DNA from: an uncultured Chitinophagaceae bacterium
GTDB lineage: Bacteria; Bacteroidota; Bacteroidia; Chitinophagales; Chitinophagaceae
Reading direction: 5' to 3'
Length of the DNA: 64,000 nucleotides
Assembly (NCBI GenBank): GCA_963788795.1
Contig: CAWBII010000010.1
Location: 147,754 to 211,753, forward strand
In this document: positions 10,474 through 21,360 of the stretch, in pieces
Layout of the letters: every line of letters begins with the position of its first letter
Position numbering within the stretch: position 1 is the first letter of the stretch
Made by a program: the position numbers and the translations under genes
Notes under the pieces: generated by a model
What the model was told of the DNA's origin: nothing
The model's input: the letters and a program-made list of their open reading frames with translations, nothing else
The model's database searches: none

Positions 10474-11739
10474 ATGATGCAAAAACAAAAAAATCATCTT
10501 GCCGGTACAATCATTACCGGTGCAATCATGGCGGTGTCAGGTTTAAGTTCCAATGCCCAGGTCTCCGATGCAATCCGCCCCTTTCATATCAATTTTCCGC
10601 AATCGGCACTTGACGATCTCCGCCAACGTGTGTTGGCGACAAAGTGGCCCGACAAAGAAACGGTTACCGATCAATCGCAGGGCGTGCAACTTGCCACGAT
10701 GCAGAAACTTGCTAAGTATTGGGCAACAGATTACGATTGGCGCAAAATAGAGGCGAAACTGAATGCCTTACCACAATTCATTACGACGATAGATGGGCTC
10801 GATATTCATTTTATTCATGTTCGTTCGAAAGAAAAGAATGCGTTGCCGATTATCATCACCCACGGTTGGCCAGGCTCTATTATCGAGCAGATGAAGATCA
10901 TCGGCCCTCTCACCGATCCTGTTGCCTATGGTGGAAAAGCTGAAGATGCTTTTGATGTAGTGATACCTTCACTTCCCGGCCACGGTTTTTCAGGGAAGCC
11001 CACCACTACCGGCTGGGACCCGCAACACATCGCACGGGCATGGATAGTGTTGATGAAACGCCTCGGATATACACGATTTGTGGCGCAAGGCGGTGATTGG
11101 GGCAATGCTGTTACGGAGCAGATGGCGCTGCAGGCACCGCCCGAATTGATTGGGATTCATACCAACATGCCTGCCACTGTTCCGGCCGATATTGAGAAGG
11201 CACTCGATTTCCACGAACCGCCACCATCCGGCCTTTCAGCCGATGAGAAGCATGCATGGGATCAGCTCGACTTTTTCTACAAGCACGGCCTGGGCTATGC
11301 CAGCGAGATGGCGAATCGCCCGCAGACGTTATACGGGATTGAGGATTCACCTGTCGGCCTGGCTGCCTGGATGCTCGACCATGATGCCACCAGTTATGCG
11401 CTCATTGCAAGGGTCTTCGATGGTAAGACTGAAGGCTTAACCCGGGACGATATCCTCGACAACATTACGTTATACTGGTTAACAGGCACAGCCGTTTCTT
11501 CGGCTCGTCTCTATTGGGAAAGCAAGCTTGCCTTCTTTGCCCCGAAGGGCATCACGATCCCGGTTGCGGTAAGCGCCTTTCCTGATGAGCTTTATCAAGC
11601 CCCGAAAAGTTGGACAGAGCGGGCATATCCCAAACTCATTTATTACAACAAGCTCGACAAAGGCGGACACTTTGCAGCATGGGAGCAGCCGCAACTTTTT
11701 AGTGAAGAGATGCGGGCAGCGTTTAAGTCACTGCGTTAG
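10474..11739 (+). CDS. Epoxide hydrolase (EHN domain plus alpha/beta hydrolase) with signal peptide
   Basis: [33 protein letters not shown]. Confidence 0.92.
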   Translation: MMQKQKNHLAGTIITGAIMAVSGLSSNAQVSDAIRPFHINFPQSALDDLRQRVLATKWPDKETVTDQSQGVQLATMQKLAKYWATDYDWRKIEAKLNALPQFITTIDGLDIHFIHVRSKEKNALPIIITHGWPGSIIEQMKIIGPLTDPVAYGGKAEDAFDVVIPSLPGHGFSGKPTTTGWDPQHIARAWIVLMKRLGYTRFVAQGGDWGNAVTEQMALQAPPELIGIHTNMPATVPADIEKALDFHEPPPSGLSADEKHAWDQLDFFYKHGLGYASEMANRPQTLYGIEDSPVGLAAWMLDHDATSYALIARVFDGKTEGLTRDDILDNITLYWLTGTAVSSARLYWESKLAFFAPKGITIPVAVSAFPDELYQAPKSWTERAYPKLIYYNKLDKGGHFAAWEQPQLFSEEMRAAFKSLR

Positions 11740-11832
11740 TTAGATCAGGTTCAATGGCGTATACATTGTACACCGTTTCACCACTCCGAATGCTCAGCAT
11801 CGATTTTAAAAGTCCAATTAAAAAACAGGTAA

Positions 11833-12892
11833 ATGTCAGAAGATCTCAAATATGATCGTCGTCGTTTTTTAGGAACTGCGGCCATAACCCTTGCAGGTGG
11901 CCCGCTCGCCATGATTGATCCAGCGGATGCACAACCGGGAAAGACAAAGCCGACAGACGCAACCACAATTAAACGCAACACGAACACTTCTTTCGATTCA
12001 ATAAAGCAGATCGATGCCGGCCTCCTGAATGTTGGATATGCTGAAGCGGGTACTGCTAACGGTAATGTAGTAATCCTGCTGCACGGCTGGCCCTACGATA
12101 TTCACAGTTATGCCGATGTAGCTCCTTTGTTAGTAACGAAAGGTTACAGGGTGATCGTTCCTTATCTGCGTGGCTATGGCACCACGCGATTTCTTTCTGA
12201 TGAAACGCTCCGAAATGGGCAGCAATCGGTAGTTGCTGTCGATATTATTGCCTTGATGGACGCACTTAAAATTCAGAAAGCAATCATTGCCGGCTTCGAT
12301 TGGGGAGCACGGACAGCCTGCATTATGGCAGCACTTTGGCCGGAGCGCTGCAAAGCAATAGTTTCTGTAAGCGGTTACCTGATCGGCAACCAGGAAGCAG
12401 GCAAGATGCCGCTGCCGCCAAAGGCTGAGCTCCAATGGTGGTACCAATATTATTTTGCTACAGAACGTGGCAGGGCCGGCTATGACAAATACCGGGCTGA
12501 GTTTGCCAGGCTCATTTGGCAGATTGCTTCGCCGAAGTGGAACTTCGATGATACTACATTTGATCGCAGTGCGGCGTCCTTACAAAACCCTGATCATGTA
12601 GCTATCGTGATTCATAATTATCGCTGGCGACTTGGACTTGCCGAAGGTGAGCCGAAATACGACGACCTGGAAAAGCGACTTGCTGAAGAGCCCGGTGATT
12701 ACTATACCAGCCATTACTCTTGAAGGTGATGCAAACGGTGCACCACACCCTGATGCCAGTTCCTATGCAACAAAATTTTCGGGCAAATATTCGCACCGGG
12801 TTATCACGGGCGGCATCGGACATAATCTCCCCCAGGAAGCACCAAACGCTTTTGCTGATGCTGTCGTCGAAGCTGATAGTTTTTCAAAATAA
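11833..12892 (+). CDS. Tat-exported alpha/beta hydrolase (frameshift near 12690)
   Basis: DRRRFLG Tat signal, LLHGWP, GFDWG; C-terminus PVITIPAITLEGD...GHNLPQEAP continues in the 12632..12892 frame. Confidence 0.85.
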
Positions 12893-12932
12893 AAGAAGGA
12901 GGGAAGAAGCAGTATTGATTCTGCCAAAGTAA

Positions 12933-13040
12933 ATTATTTGTTTTTGTTTCATCTATATAACGGATAAGGCTAATCGCAATTGAAAGATAGATAATATAAT
13001 TAAGTTTCTTTTTTATTGATAGTATAATTGGATGCTTGCT
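12933..13040 (+). repeat. Repeat family C copy
   Basis: Matches the copies at 9578, 10184 and 14052. Confidence 0.9.
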
Positions 13041-13052
13041 CTAACATAGCCA

Positions 13053-13108
13053 CGGTGGTACACGAAACGGCAGCCGTATTGTTTCGTGTGCCACGAACAC
13101 GGGCGGGG
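13053..13108. repeat. REP-like GC-rich hairpin
   Basis: GTGGTACACGAAAC...GTTTCGTGTGCCAC inverted repeat lying between two family C copies. Confidence 0.6.
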
Positions 13109-13249
13109 TCTCATCTATATAACGTATAAGATTAATCGCAATTCCTTGCCGGGGTTAGTCTTTTCATAAGCATCTTCTTACACGATGCGTCTCAAAAAAC
13201 TTGCTGGTAAAAACACCAACAAGGGAATTAGAGGATAATGCATGGCATT

Positions 13250-13984
13250 TTAAAAACTGTATTTCTTTTTGAAGTAAGTAATCAGCGAGGTAGCATGCGC
13301 CTGTAAACTTTCAATTTCAATAATCTGATCGTCACAAATGCCGCGATATTCATCCAACGCATTGAAATATTTATTGAGCAAAGGTTTGTTGTCAGAAAAC
13401 AAATTTTTTTTTGGAGTATTCAACTTCTCCACAACAGAGTCGTTTACCTTCGATTCATGAATACTGAAATCAAACAGTTCATAAGCAGTATTTCTTATCA
13501 GCGTTTGTGTTTCCTGAACTGTCGTCGTTTCATTCAGTTGAACCCCGCGAAAGTGCTCGTCATATTGTAAAATATTTTTTACATCTTCCCGATCCATAAA
13601 CCGAAGACCGCCGGCATTCTTGAGTTGCTGCAAAGTGCCATTGGCATTTATAAGGTCAGGAAATCCCGTTGAATGCCTGTAAAGATTTAGCAAACAGTTG
13701 CAGGGAAGGTTTAACCTCACGGAATCGTGGCAGCTATTCAATTCATTAAACGCTGCTTTTTTTTCCTGGTAAATGCCGATGATATGTGAATAAACTGAAG
13801 TATCTTCTTCAAGGTCGCTTATAAACGATTTAATGTATTGAACACCATCCCTATGCTCTTTAAAATGCTCACGCAGATTTTCCGCAAAGAACCCTGTAGT
13901 TACAGCGAGAAACAGCATGAAGAACTCAAAGAAATATTCTTTAAAATTTTTCTTCTCTACGTGTGGATGATGATGTACTTCCAT
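13250..13984 (-). CDS. MEVHHHP-family membrane-anchored hypothetical protein
   Basis: N-terminal MEVHHHPHVEKKNFKEYFFEFFMLFLAVTTGFFAEN and internal TLQQLKNAGGLR; paralogous to the 37-41 kb array. Confidence 0.85.
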   Translation of the reverse strand: MEVHHHPHVEKKNFKEYFFEFFMLFLAVTTGFFAENLREHFKEHRDGVQYIKSFISDLEEDTSVYSHIIGIYQEKKAAFNELNSCHDSVRLNLPCNCLLNLYRHSTGFPDLINANGTLQQLKNAGGLRFMDREDVKNILQYDEHFRGVQLNETTTVQETQTLIRNTAYELFDFSIHESKVNDSVVEKLNTPKKNLFSDNKPLLNKYFNALDEYRGICDDQIIEIESLQAHATSLITYFKKKYSF

Positions 13985-14051
13985 GAATTAATATGTCTGA
14001 TATGATGAGCTATGATGGTTGGCTTGTTGTATGAATACTTCTGCTAATGTA

Positions 14052-14225
14052 ATGATTTGTTTTAGTTTCTTCTATATAACGGATATAGTTAATCGCAATT
14101 GAAGGAGACGTAATATAGCTGAGTTTCTTTTTTATTGATAGTATAATTGGATGACTTGCTCCAGCAGGGAAGCTATACGACAAGATTGCGCTATGAAAAT
14201 TCTCCATACTTGGACTAAGAAGGGG
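14052..14225 (+). repeat. Family C copy fused to the 3' end of family B
   Basis: C motif at 14052-14160 followed by GCTATACGACAAGATTGCGCTATGAAA...TGGACTAAGAAGGGG. Confidence 0.85.
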
Positions 14226-14233
14226 CAAAACCA

Positions 14234-15019
14234 TTAATGCTTTCCAAATAATTTCCATTTCTCCGGGTTAATTGAATACAGTAAATGGCCCCTGGATTTG
14301 CTGTCTTTGATGTCCACATTATAACTGGTAACAGGAGTAATGTTTTTTAGCAGAGAGTTATAATCCTTTCTCTCTTCTATGGGTTTATAATCAATTTGCC
14401 TGATAAGATAGGTATAAAAATGATGCGTAAAAAGTAAGGAAAGCTCAGTGAATTGCTTTGTATATGATTCAACACGGGAAGCTGTATTGAGCACTATTCC
14501 AAAAACAAAATTCCTGCCCACTTTCTCATTTTTATAAACAAGACTTCCTCCTGTATGTAGCCCGATTCCAAAGCCTAAGTTTAAATTGTGACCAATTTCC
14601 CCGGACCAGGTTTTCAGATTATTTGAATTATATTTTTTTATTTCAGCTTCTAAGAATATAGCGAGAGAGCATGCTAAACCTAAGGCTGTCCAGGCATGAG
14701 TCTTATCCCAGAATAAGCATAAGTGACCATCACCCGTATCATTATAATAGAATAGTGTATCATTGCCCAGGCGATCCAGTTCTTTTTTAACATGCTCATT
14801 TATTTTCATCAAAAATTTGGCGTGCTTCTTTAGCCTGGTTGTGTTGTTTCTGCTTTTCTGATCTTCACTTAAGCTGATTTCCCGGGTAATATATGTTGAG
14901 TTTCTAAGATCCAGGAAATAGCAACTGGACAAAGTTTCCTTATAATTATCAGCTAATAAAGTCATAATTGTTTTACAGATTTTGCGTGGCTCATAAATAT
15001 ACATCCCTTTTTCTTCCAA
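14234..15019 (-). CDS. Stand-alone class III nucleotidyl cyclase-like protein
   Basis: FLDLRNST, TGDG, GFGIGLHTG, VFGIVLNTASRVES. Confidence 0.75.
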   Translation of the reverse strand: MEEKGMYIYEPRKICKTIMTLLADNYKETLSSCYFLDLRNSTYITREISLSEDQKSRNNTTRLKKHAKFLMKINEHVKKELDRLGNDTLFYYNDTGDGHLCLFWDKTHAWTALGLACSLAIFLEAEIKKYNSNNLKTWSGEIGHNLNLGFGIGLHTGGSLVYKNEKVGRNFVFGIVLNTASRVESYTKQFTELSLLFTHHFYTYLIRQIDYKPIEERKDYNSLLKNITPVTSYNVDIKDSKSRGHLLYSINPEKWKLFGKH

Positions 15020-15193
15020 AAAAGTAGTAACCTCTAATTAAGAATGTTGCACAGATGATAACTTAACGAAGCAGGAAGAAGTATTACTAACGATAAAGGA
15101 TATTCGATAAATCCAGCGACATAAAACCTATTTATGGTTTTACTAACGAAGTAGTATACACGCCGAATGTGAGTTGTTAATGTTGTACAGCGG

Positions 15194-15595
15194 TTACGAT
15201 ATTTTTTTCTGTATTTGCCAATAATGTCCGAACGGGTCTTTAATTTTTCCTTGCCTGTAACCGTATTCGTAATCTTGTGCCGGGCTTATTTCAATTGCGC
15301 CTGCTTTAATTGCTTTGCTCATTACTTCGTCTACGTCTGAAACAAATAAGCCAATACACACGGTAGTGCCGTTGTTTTTGTCAGGTGAAAAGTTATATGG
15401 GTTTGCTGTTACTTCGTGTACATGAAATATGGCTTCGTCAATAGAAAGTTCTACAACGTGAATACTGCCATCATCATTAGAAAATCGCATCTGCTCTGCT
15501 GCTCCAAAGGCGTTTTCATAAAACGAAATGTCTTTTACTCCATTATTTATGAAAAGCTCGGGAGCAAAAAATGCTTTACGATCTTTTGTTATCAT
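15194..15595 (-). CDS. VOC/glyoxalase (PhnB-like) protein
   Basis: FYENAFGA, YGYRQGKIKDPFGHYWQI. Confidence 0.88.
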   Translation of the reverse strand: MITKDRKAFFAPELFINNGVKDISFYENAFGAAEQMRFSNDDGSIHVVELSIDEAIFHVHEVTANPYNFSPDKNNGTTVCIGLFVSDVDEVMSKAIKAGAIEISPAQDYEYGYRQGKIKDPFGHYWQIQKKIS

Positions 15596-15764
15596 ATTTT
15601 AGTCTTTAAATAATTAAAAGCCGTACCTAATTGGGATGGCGGTATTTTTAAAATTAAAACAAATTGTTGTACACGCAAGACTCCCTTGTATGAGGCGCTA
15701 TTGAGACTGCATAAAATTTTCCAGTGAATATGGTTTATACTAATATTGGTAATATTATTGTAAA

Positions 15765-16400
15765 ATGGCAAGGAAAAATACAGCATTAACTTCAGTGACA
15801 ATTTTAATGGTGTTCCTGTTATTCTATTGCAGTAAGTCATTCGCTCAAAAGTTTGAAGAAGTTCCTTATAAAAAATTTGCTATTGAAGCGGGCGCAAATT
15901 TTTCAAATATGAATTTTAATAAAGGCGTTCCTCCACCTTCCTCACCGGTGCCTTCTTCCTGGATGGCCGGAATATCTGTGGGAATATTATTAAAAGTTCC
16001 GTTGGCGCAAAATCTGTTTTTAGAGCCTGGCTATTTCTACATACACCGGAATGGAATGGACAAGAGCGTCAATATAAAATACTCAAATGATTATTGTTCG
16101 TTACCTGTTTTATTAAAATATAAAGTTTTTTCTTTTATTGATGTAGTGGCAGGGCCACAGGCTGAATTATTAATTCATGCTAATGCAAGCGATAACGGTA
16201 CTGTAACCAATATAACCAATGATGTGGAAGAGCGCAGTATCATCGCTACGGTGGGTTTTGATGTTCATGTAATACCATCTTTTTATATAGCAGCCCGTTA
16301 TCTGCAGGGGCTTAATCATATTGGTATCGGGCAGCGTTCGGTGAATGTGAAAGAATTTAAATATGAGTCTGCGAATTTAACTATAGGGTTTGAATTTTAA
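15765..16400 (+). CDS. Outer-membrane beta-barrel (porin family) protein
   Basis: Signal peptide, SLPVLLKY, AGPQ, ARYLQGL, terminal Phe. Confidence 0.8.
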   Translation: MARKNTALTSVTILMVFLLFYCSKSFAQKFEEVPYKKFAIEAGANFSNMNFNKGVPPPSSPVPSSWMAGISVGILLKVPLAQNLFLEPGYFYIHRNGMDKSVNIKYSNDYCSLPVLLKYKVFSFIDVVAGPQAELLIHANASDNGTVTNITNDVEERSIIATVGFDVHVIPSFYIAARYLQGLNHIGIGQRSVNVKEFKYESANLTIGFEF

Positions 16401-16703
16401 AAACCGGTACAAATATTACAACATTTTTCAAAACAGTCACAAGTATGACTAACGCTATTACTTTAAATTAAACTTTATGTATTCGCGTATTCTATTACAA
16501 TAATGGTGTTATACATATACAGAATAATCTGCACTTTGTATTTGGCGGGCTTAAAGATATTATAGTAAAGCCACTTATTTCAGTCGTGAAAAATAAAAGA
16601 TATAACGGTTAGGGTTACAGGAAATAAAAAAGGTTTAAGTTTTTAAATTTGTTTACATGATTAATTATTGTTTTTATTATAAAAAAAAGGGTACCTTTCT
16701 TAA

Positions 16704-16979
16704 ATGGATGCAAAAGTTATTTCTTTCTCCACAACGAAAAAAAAGCCCTTGCTTTCAAGGCTTATGATGGTTACTTTAATAGAGGCTTTTACAAAACAAA
16801 ATAAGGGAATTCCTTTCGGACCGGTAGATATAAGAGGCGGATCTTTTAGCGCTTTAATAAGCAGGGAACTGGTGGAATACAAAAAGGTTACTATAAAAAA
16901 TCATACGCAATCATTATGGCAGATAACTCCCCAGGGAATTAATATATTGAGAACTATGGGCGTTAATGTAGATTTATAA
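16704..16979 (+). CDS. Hypothetical protein, possible winged helix
   Basis: 91 aa; ALISRELVEY...WQITPQGINIL resembles a winged-helix wing. Confidence 0.55.
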   Translation: MDAKVISFSTTKKKPLLSRLMMVTLIEAFTKQNKGIPFGPVDIRGGSFSALISRELVEYKKVTIKNHTQSLWQITPQGINILRTMGVNVDL

Positions 16980-17369
16980 ACCATGCAATGAGTTAATTCC
17001 ATTTTCATCAATTAGCAAGTCAATATTTACCAGGCCTTTCTTTCCCCGATAGTCTTTAACGCTGCTATAAATATAATCCCATTGCTCCGCAACTAATCCG
17101 TTTCTTACATTATCTTTTCAAAGAATGAACTACGATGTTTCTGTATCTTTTTTGTGAAAAGATAAAATGGAAATGGATGGGTGTTGGCCGTGCGTGGGAA
17201 TTAACAGGAAGACCACCGCCTGCATAAATTTCCACGTAGTTACTTTTTGTAAATTTGTTTGTGCCGCAAGTGATCCCCGGCAAAATAATACTTATGAGTT
17301 TAAAACAAGATTACTAAACGCAACTATATGCCGGGTAAGCCCGTTAAATGTTACAAGGAAGACTTTACT

Positions 17370-18554
17370 ATGCACAAATATTACTCTTTACTTGTGAATG
17401 TTTTAATAAGCGGCATTTTATTGTTTGGAACTTCCTGCAAAAAGGAGTACAGTTTTGAAGGAGGGGATACTCTTTTACTTGCATCGGGCTCGCTAACAGA
17501 TTCGCTGGGCAATTGTAGTAACATCAGCATTAAGGGTTTTTATTCGCCCGGTATTGCGTTTACGGGTAACAACTATATAACAGCAGAGGCAGATATCACC
17601 AACACAGGCTCTTATACAATTTATACAGACACAGTAAATGGATATTATTTTAATGCTGCAGGTTTTGCCACGACCACAGGACTCCAGGCAATAAAAATAA
17701 ACGGCTATGGCACACCGTTAGTTGCCGTAGCGGCCCTGTTTACGTTGCATTTTAAAGAGAGTGTTTGTTTCTTTACAATTTTGCCCGATTCTGCGATTTT
17801 TAACCTGGCAGCAAACTGCGGCGCTGCTATAGTAAACGGTAACTATAAAACAGGAGTACCATTAGATACTTCTAATACGGTAAATGTTCTATTGAATGTT
17901 GTGAGTCCTGGCCCATATAGTATTCAGACGCCTGTTGTAAATGGTATTTGTTTCGGCGCGAAGGGAACTTTTACCACTGCCGGTACTTATATTATAACAC
18001 TTGCCGGAACAGGCACCCCGGCAGCAGAAGACACTACGGTTATACCATTTAATATTGACGGAACTACCGGTTGTAGTTTTATAGTGTCGGTTACTGCTGA
18101 AATGATGGATTACCCGCTGTTTTGGAAGTACACTGTAGATAATTCGATTCATCAAAAAGGAATACTCGATAGTGGTGTGTTAAGTACTAATGTTAACATG
18201 AATTACCCTTCCAATGTCGTATATGCTATGCAGGTATATGGAACGGGTAACGATCCGTTAGTAAAGAATATCACTTTCGAGTTAAACATAGCCCGAATCA
18301 ATCATGTTTTATCTTCAGGGTACTACATTCCTGGCATTACCGGCAGCACGGATTTTATCGGATACATGGGACATTTCGATATGACAGGAAATCTGTCTGC
18401 TTCTGACAGTTTTCCGGCGTTTACCATTATTGTTACCACTTACGATAGTGCAACGAGACTTGTAGAAGGAACTTTCAGTGGGCCTGTTATAGACCATTTT
18501 GGCTTAATGCATACTATTACTGATGGTGCATTCAGAACTTATTTTAAATATTGA
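17370..18554 (+). CDS. Lipoprotein with two internal beta-rich repeats
   Basis: Lipobox FGTSCKKEYSFE; repeated G.Y.I.T..VNG..F...G.F.T.G...I.L.G.GTP. Confidence 0.75.
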   Translation: MHKYYSLLVNVLISGILLFGTSCKKEYSFEGGDTLLLASGSLTDSLGNCSNISIKGFYSPGIAFTGNNYITAEADITNTGSYTIYTDTVNGYYFNAAGFATTTGLQAIKINGYGTPLVAVAALFTLHFKESVCFFTILPDSAIFNLAANCGAAIVNGNYKTGVPLDTSNTVNVLLNVVSPGPYSIQTPVVNGICFGAKGTFTTAGTYIITLAGTGTPAAEDTTVIPFNIDGTTGCSFIVSVTAEMMDYPLFWKYTVDNSIHQKGILDSGVLSTNVNMNYPSNVVYAMQVYGTGNDPLVKNITFELNIARINHVLSSGYYIPGITGSTDFIGYMGHFDMTGNLSASDSFPAFTIIVTTYDSATRLVEGTFSGPVIDHFGLMHTITDGAFRTYFKY

Positions 18555-18959
18555 CAGAAATATTTTTATTCTTTTAGCAAACAGTATACCGTAGACGAAA
18601 ATGCATGATGCCGGTATGGTACTTTGCGGTGATTCAAATTTATGCCCATGTTGGCCTCTTCTAAAGTTTATGGCAAAACGAAAAGAGATCGTGATTTACG
18701 GTAGGATATGCACTGCCTGAGTTTCCACCACGGCAGCCAAGAGTAATTTAGAAATTAACAAATGATAAGTGTTTTATAACAAATGGTAGTATAGATAAGC
18801 TTGAAGGTATACGCCGAGATCGCGCAAGGAATTTTTTTTATCTGGAATAAACCCAGGAATATTCAAGCTTATAATTTAAACATACTACGGGTGAATATTG
18901 AAATCCGGTTTCATTCACTCTGTTTATAAAAGAGGATGACTTTTAATTCTTCTGATTCT

Positions 18960-19686
18960 TCAGAACCTGACTCCTAAACTCAGAAATACCTGGCCCGGAT
19001 TAGTATTGCTGGTGGAATGCTTCATAAGGCTTGATGTTCCATAATTGTAACCAAAATCAACGAATGCAAAAGCAATATTTGCTCCTATTCCAATCTGACC
19101 ATAAAATATAAATGAATTGACATCATCCTTTGAAACACCAAAATGGTTATCGCTAACACCAAGGGTAAAAGAGGGCATTGCACTGATAAATGCACGAAGA
19201 GAAACTATCTTGGCAAACGATAGGAAGTTAACACCAAAAGTTAAAGGAACATCGAGGGCTTGTACTTTGAGATCACCCGTATCCCGGGAAGTTAGCTTAC
19301 TATTGAAACCGTAAACAGCATTGTTATACCTTAGTCCAAACTGCCAATAAAGGAAACCGCCTTTTTCCCAGGCGACCCCAAAGTGGTAGCCAACACCTGA
19401 ATTTGCATTGTATTTTTCAGTAGAGCCGGACATTGTGTTAGAATTCCCACCGGCATATATACTGAAATGCTTTGGTTTTGCAGCACTTTCATTCGTGGTG
19501 GCAGGCGGCTGTAGTAGCAACAGCAGCTGGTGCATGGTTGGTAGTATCAGCCATCATAGTGGCACTGGTATCCACCGGTGCTGGTTTGGTGGTATCTACC
19601 TGCGCCATCACAGCAGTGTTCAGAATAATAAGAATTGCAATAAGGGGAATTGACTTCCATGCGGAAAAATTGAAACTGTGCTTCAT
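18960..19686 (-). CDS. Outer-membrane beta-barrel protein (frameshift near 19530)
   Basis: Signal peptide in the 19489..19686 ORF, barrel in 18960..19535 ending LSLGVRF. Confidence 0.7.
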
Positions 19687-20285
19687 AAATTAAATTTAAT
19701 AGTTAACAAGTATAAAATCATGCTTTCTTAGGATCTCAGAGAATATTTTCTAAAGTCAATTTGCCTAAATTTAAACAAGCGCTAGTTTTGGACGTAATGT
19801 GGTAAGCCGCCGGATGGTCTTTTATCTTATTCAGTTATATTATCCTCAATGTAGTATGCAAAAAGACAAGCAGCTACATCCTGAAATTCCTCTTTTTTAC
19901 AACAATTATAGGATTACAACACTGGCAGTGAAATAATTGTTTAAAATAATTTATGAATAACCAAACTTATGCATTATTTCACTAAAAGTAAGACATTTTG
20001 CACAAAAAAATTTAAATCCATCGTATTTTAAAGCTGCTTAACTAAGGGAGTTACAACGTATTGTCATGCATTCGCTATCTTAAAACTGTACTCAAAAAAG
20101 CTATGCCTGCAGTAGTTTCAGTTCCATACTCCTGGTTTTTGTGTTATATAGCTTTTAGGGAGGGAGGTTATTGTTTTGGGAACAACAACGTGCATGAAAA
20201 AACCCCTATAAAGAATTATAAGGCTTGATCAAAACTTTTTTTTACTAAAAATCTAAAACGATCGAGACCAAAAAAATTATCCTGG

Positions 20286-21104
20286 CTATGCTGCAAAATC
20301 TAAATCAGTTAATACTGCATTGTCCATATATTCTTCTTCCAAAGCCTTCCTCTTTTTCGTAATCATTTTTAACAAGGAAATGTTCAATCGCGGCATAATG
20401 GGTTGCAATGAAAAAATAAAAACCATTTTAATACTCAGCGAAAGCCAATAATTATTGGCAGGCACAAAATGAAAAATAAAATGAAGGATGCTGTCTTCAA
20501 AAATGAAAAACACAACAGCAATTAATAAAGTAAATGCCTTTGCTTTTTTACCTGCCTTTGTGATGGTCAGTTCATCAATTGTATCCTGCAATTCAATATT
20601 CTTTTTTTGAATCTCGGCTTTCTGTTGTTTGATGGTACTATTTCTTTTTTTTTCGGCCTCAAAAACCAACTTCATATTTTTTATTTTCTTCGCATTGTCC
20701 TCCTTCCCAACCTGTTCCTGCAGGGAGTGAAATTGTTTATAATGAAAAAGGCTTCTGCTTACATCGTTTTTACTATGATAAATTTCAGAAAGCAATAAAT
20801 GCAGTTGGCACATCTTAGGCTTCACTTTAATTTCTTCAGCAAGCGCTAGCCCTTTATTCAAAACTGCAATCGTTTCATCGGGACGCGATTGTTTTATATT
20901 GATTTCACCCGGGCGTATATAGTTGCTAATGGCTCTGCCTATTAATTTATCAGCTGTTCTTGTGTCTGCGGCCCTTTTATGTAACATTTCCGATTCATCA
21001 TAATGCCCGGTTTCAAAATAATAATTGCCCATCTTGGTTTCGGCTGGCGATACCAGTGAGGGTATTCCAGTTTTATTGGCAGCATCCAAAGCTTCCCGGA
21101 ACAT
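20286..21104 (-). pseudogene. 5'-truncated TPR/coiled-coil/2TM protein, paralog of 42447..43859
   Basis: LNKGLALAEEIKVKPK, KNIELQDTIDELTIT and AKAFTLLIA align to the C-terminal half of the 42.4 kb protein; a family B fragment abuts it at 21110. Confidence 0.7.
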
Positions 21105-21360
21105 CAGGCCTTCGCCATGAAACTTCTTTATGCCTTGGCTAAAAAATTACAGTATTTATTTTTTATAAAAAATATAAATGGAAAGATAGAAATAGTTTGC
21201 CGGTGATCTTGAGATCAGACCTTCACGAGTGGGTAGGTTTTTGGTTTGGAAAAGAGTGGGAACACCTACGTTAGATTAAGTGATGGCATAATGGTTTTAA
21301 GAAGACCAACCTTTGGCATAAAAATTAATTCCTTGTGCACTTTTGTAGTGACCTAACGCA

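Noticed and set aside
17178-17240. GC-richer stretch upstream of the lipoprotein as a riboswitch
   Set aside because: There is some pairing potential (CGTGGGAATT/AATTTCCACG), but I recognise no riboswitch consensus
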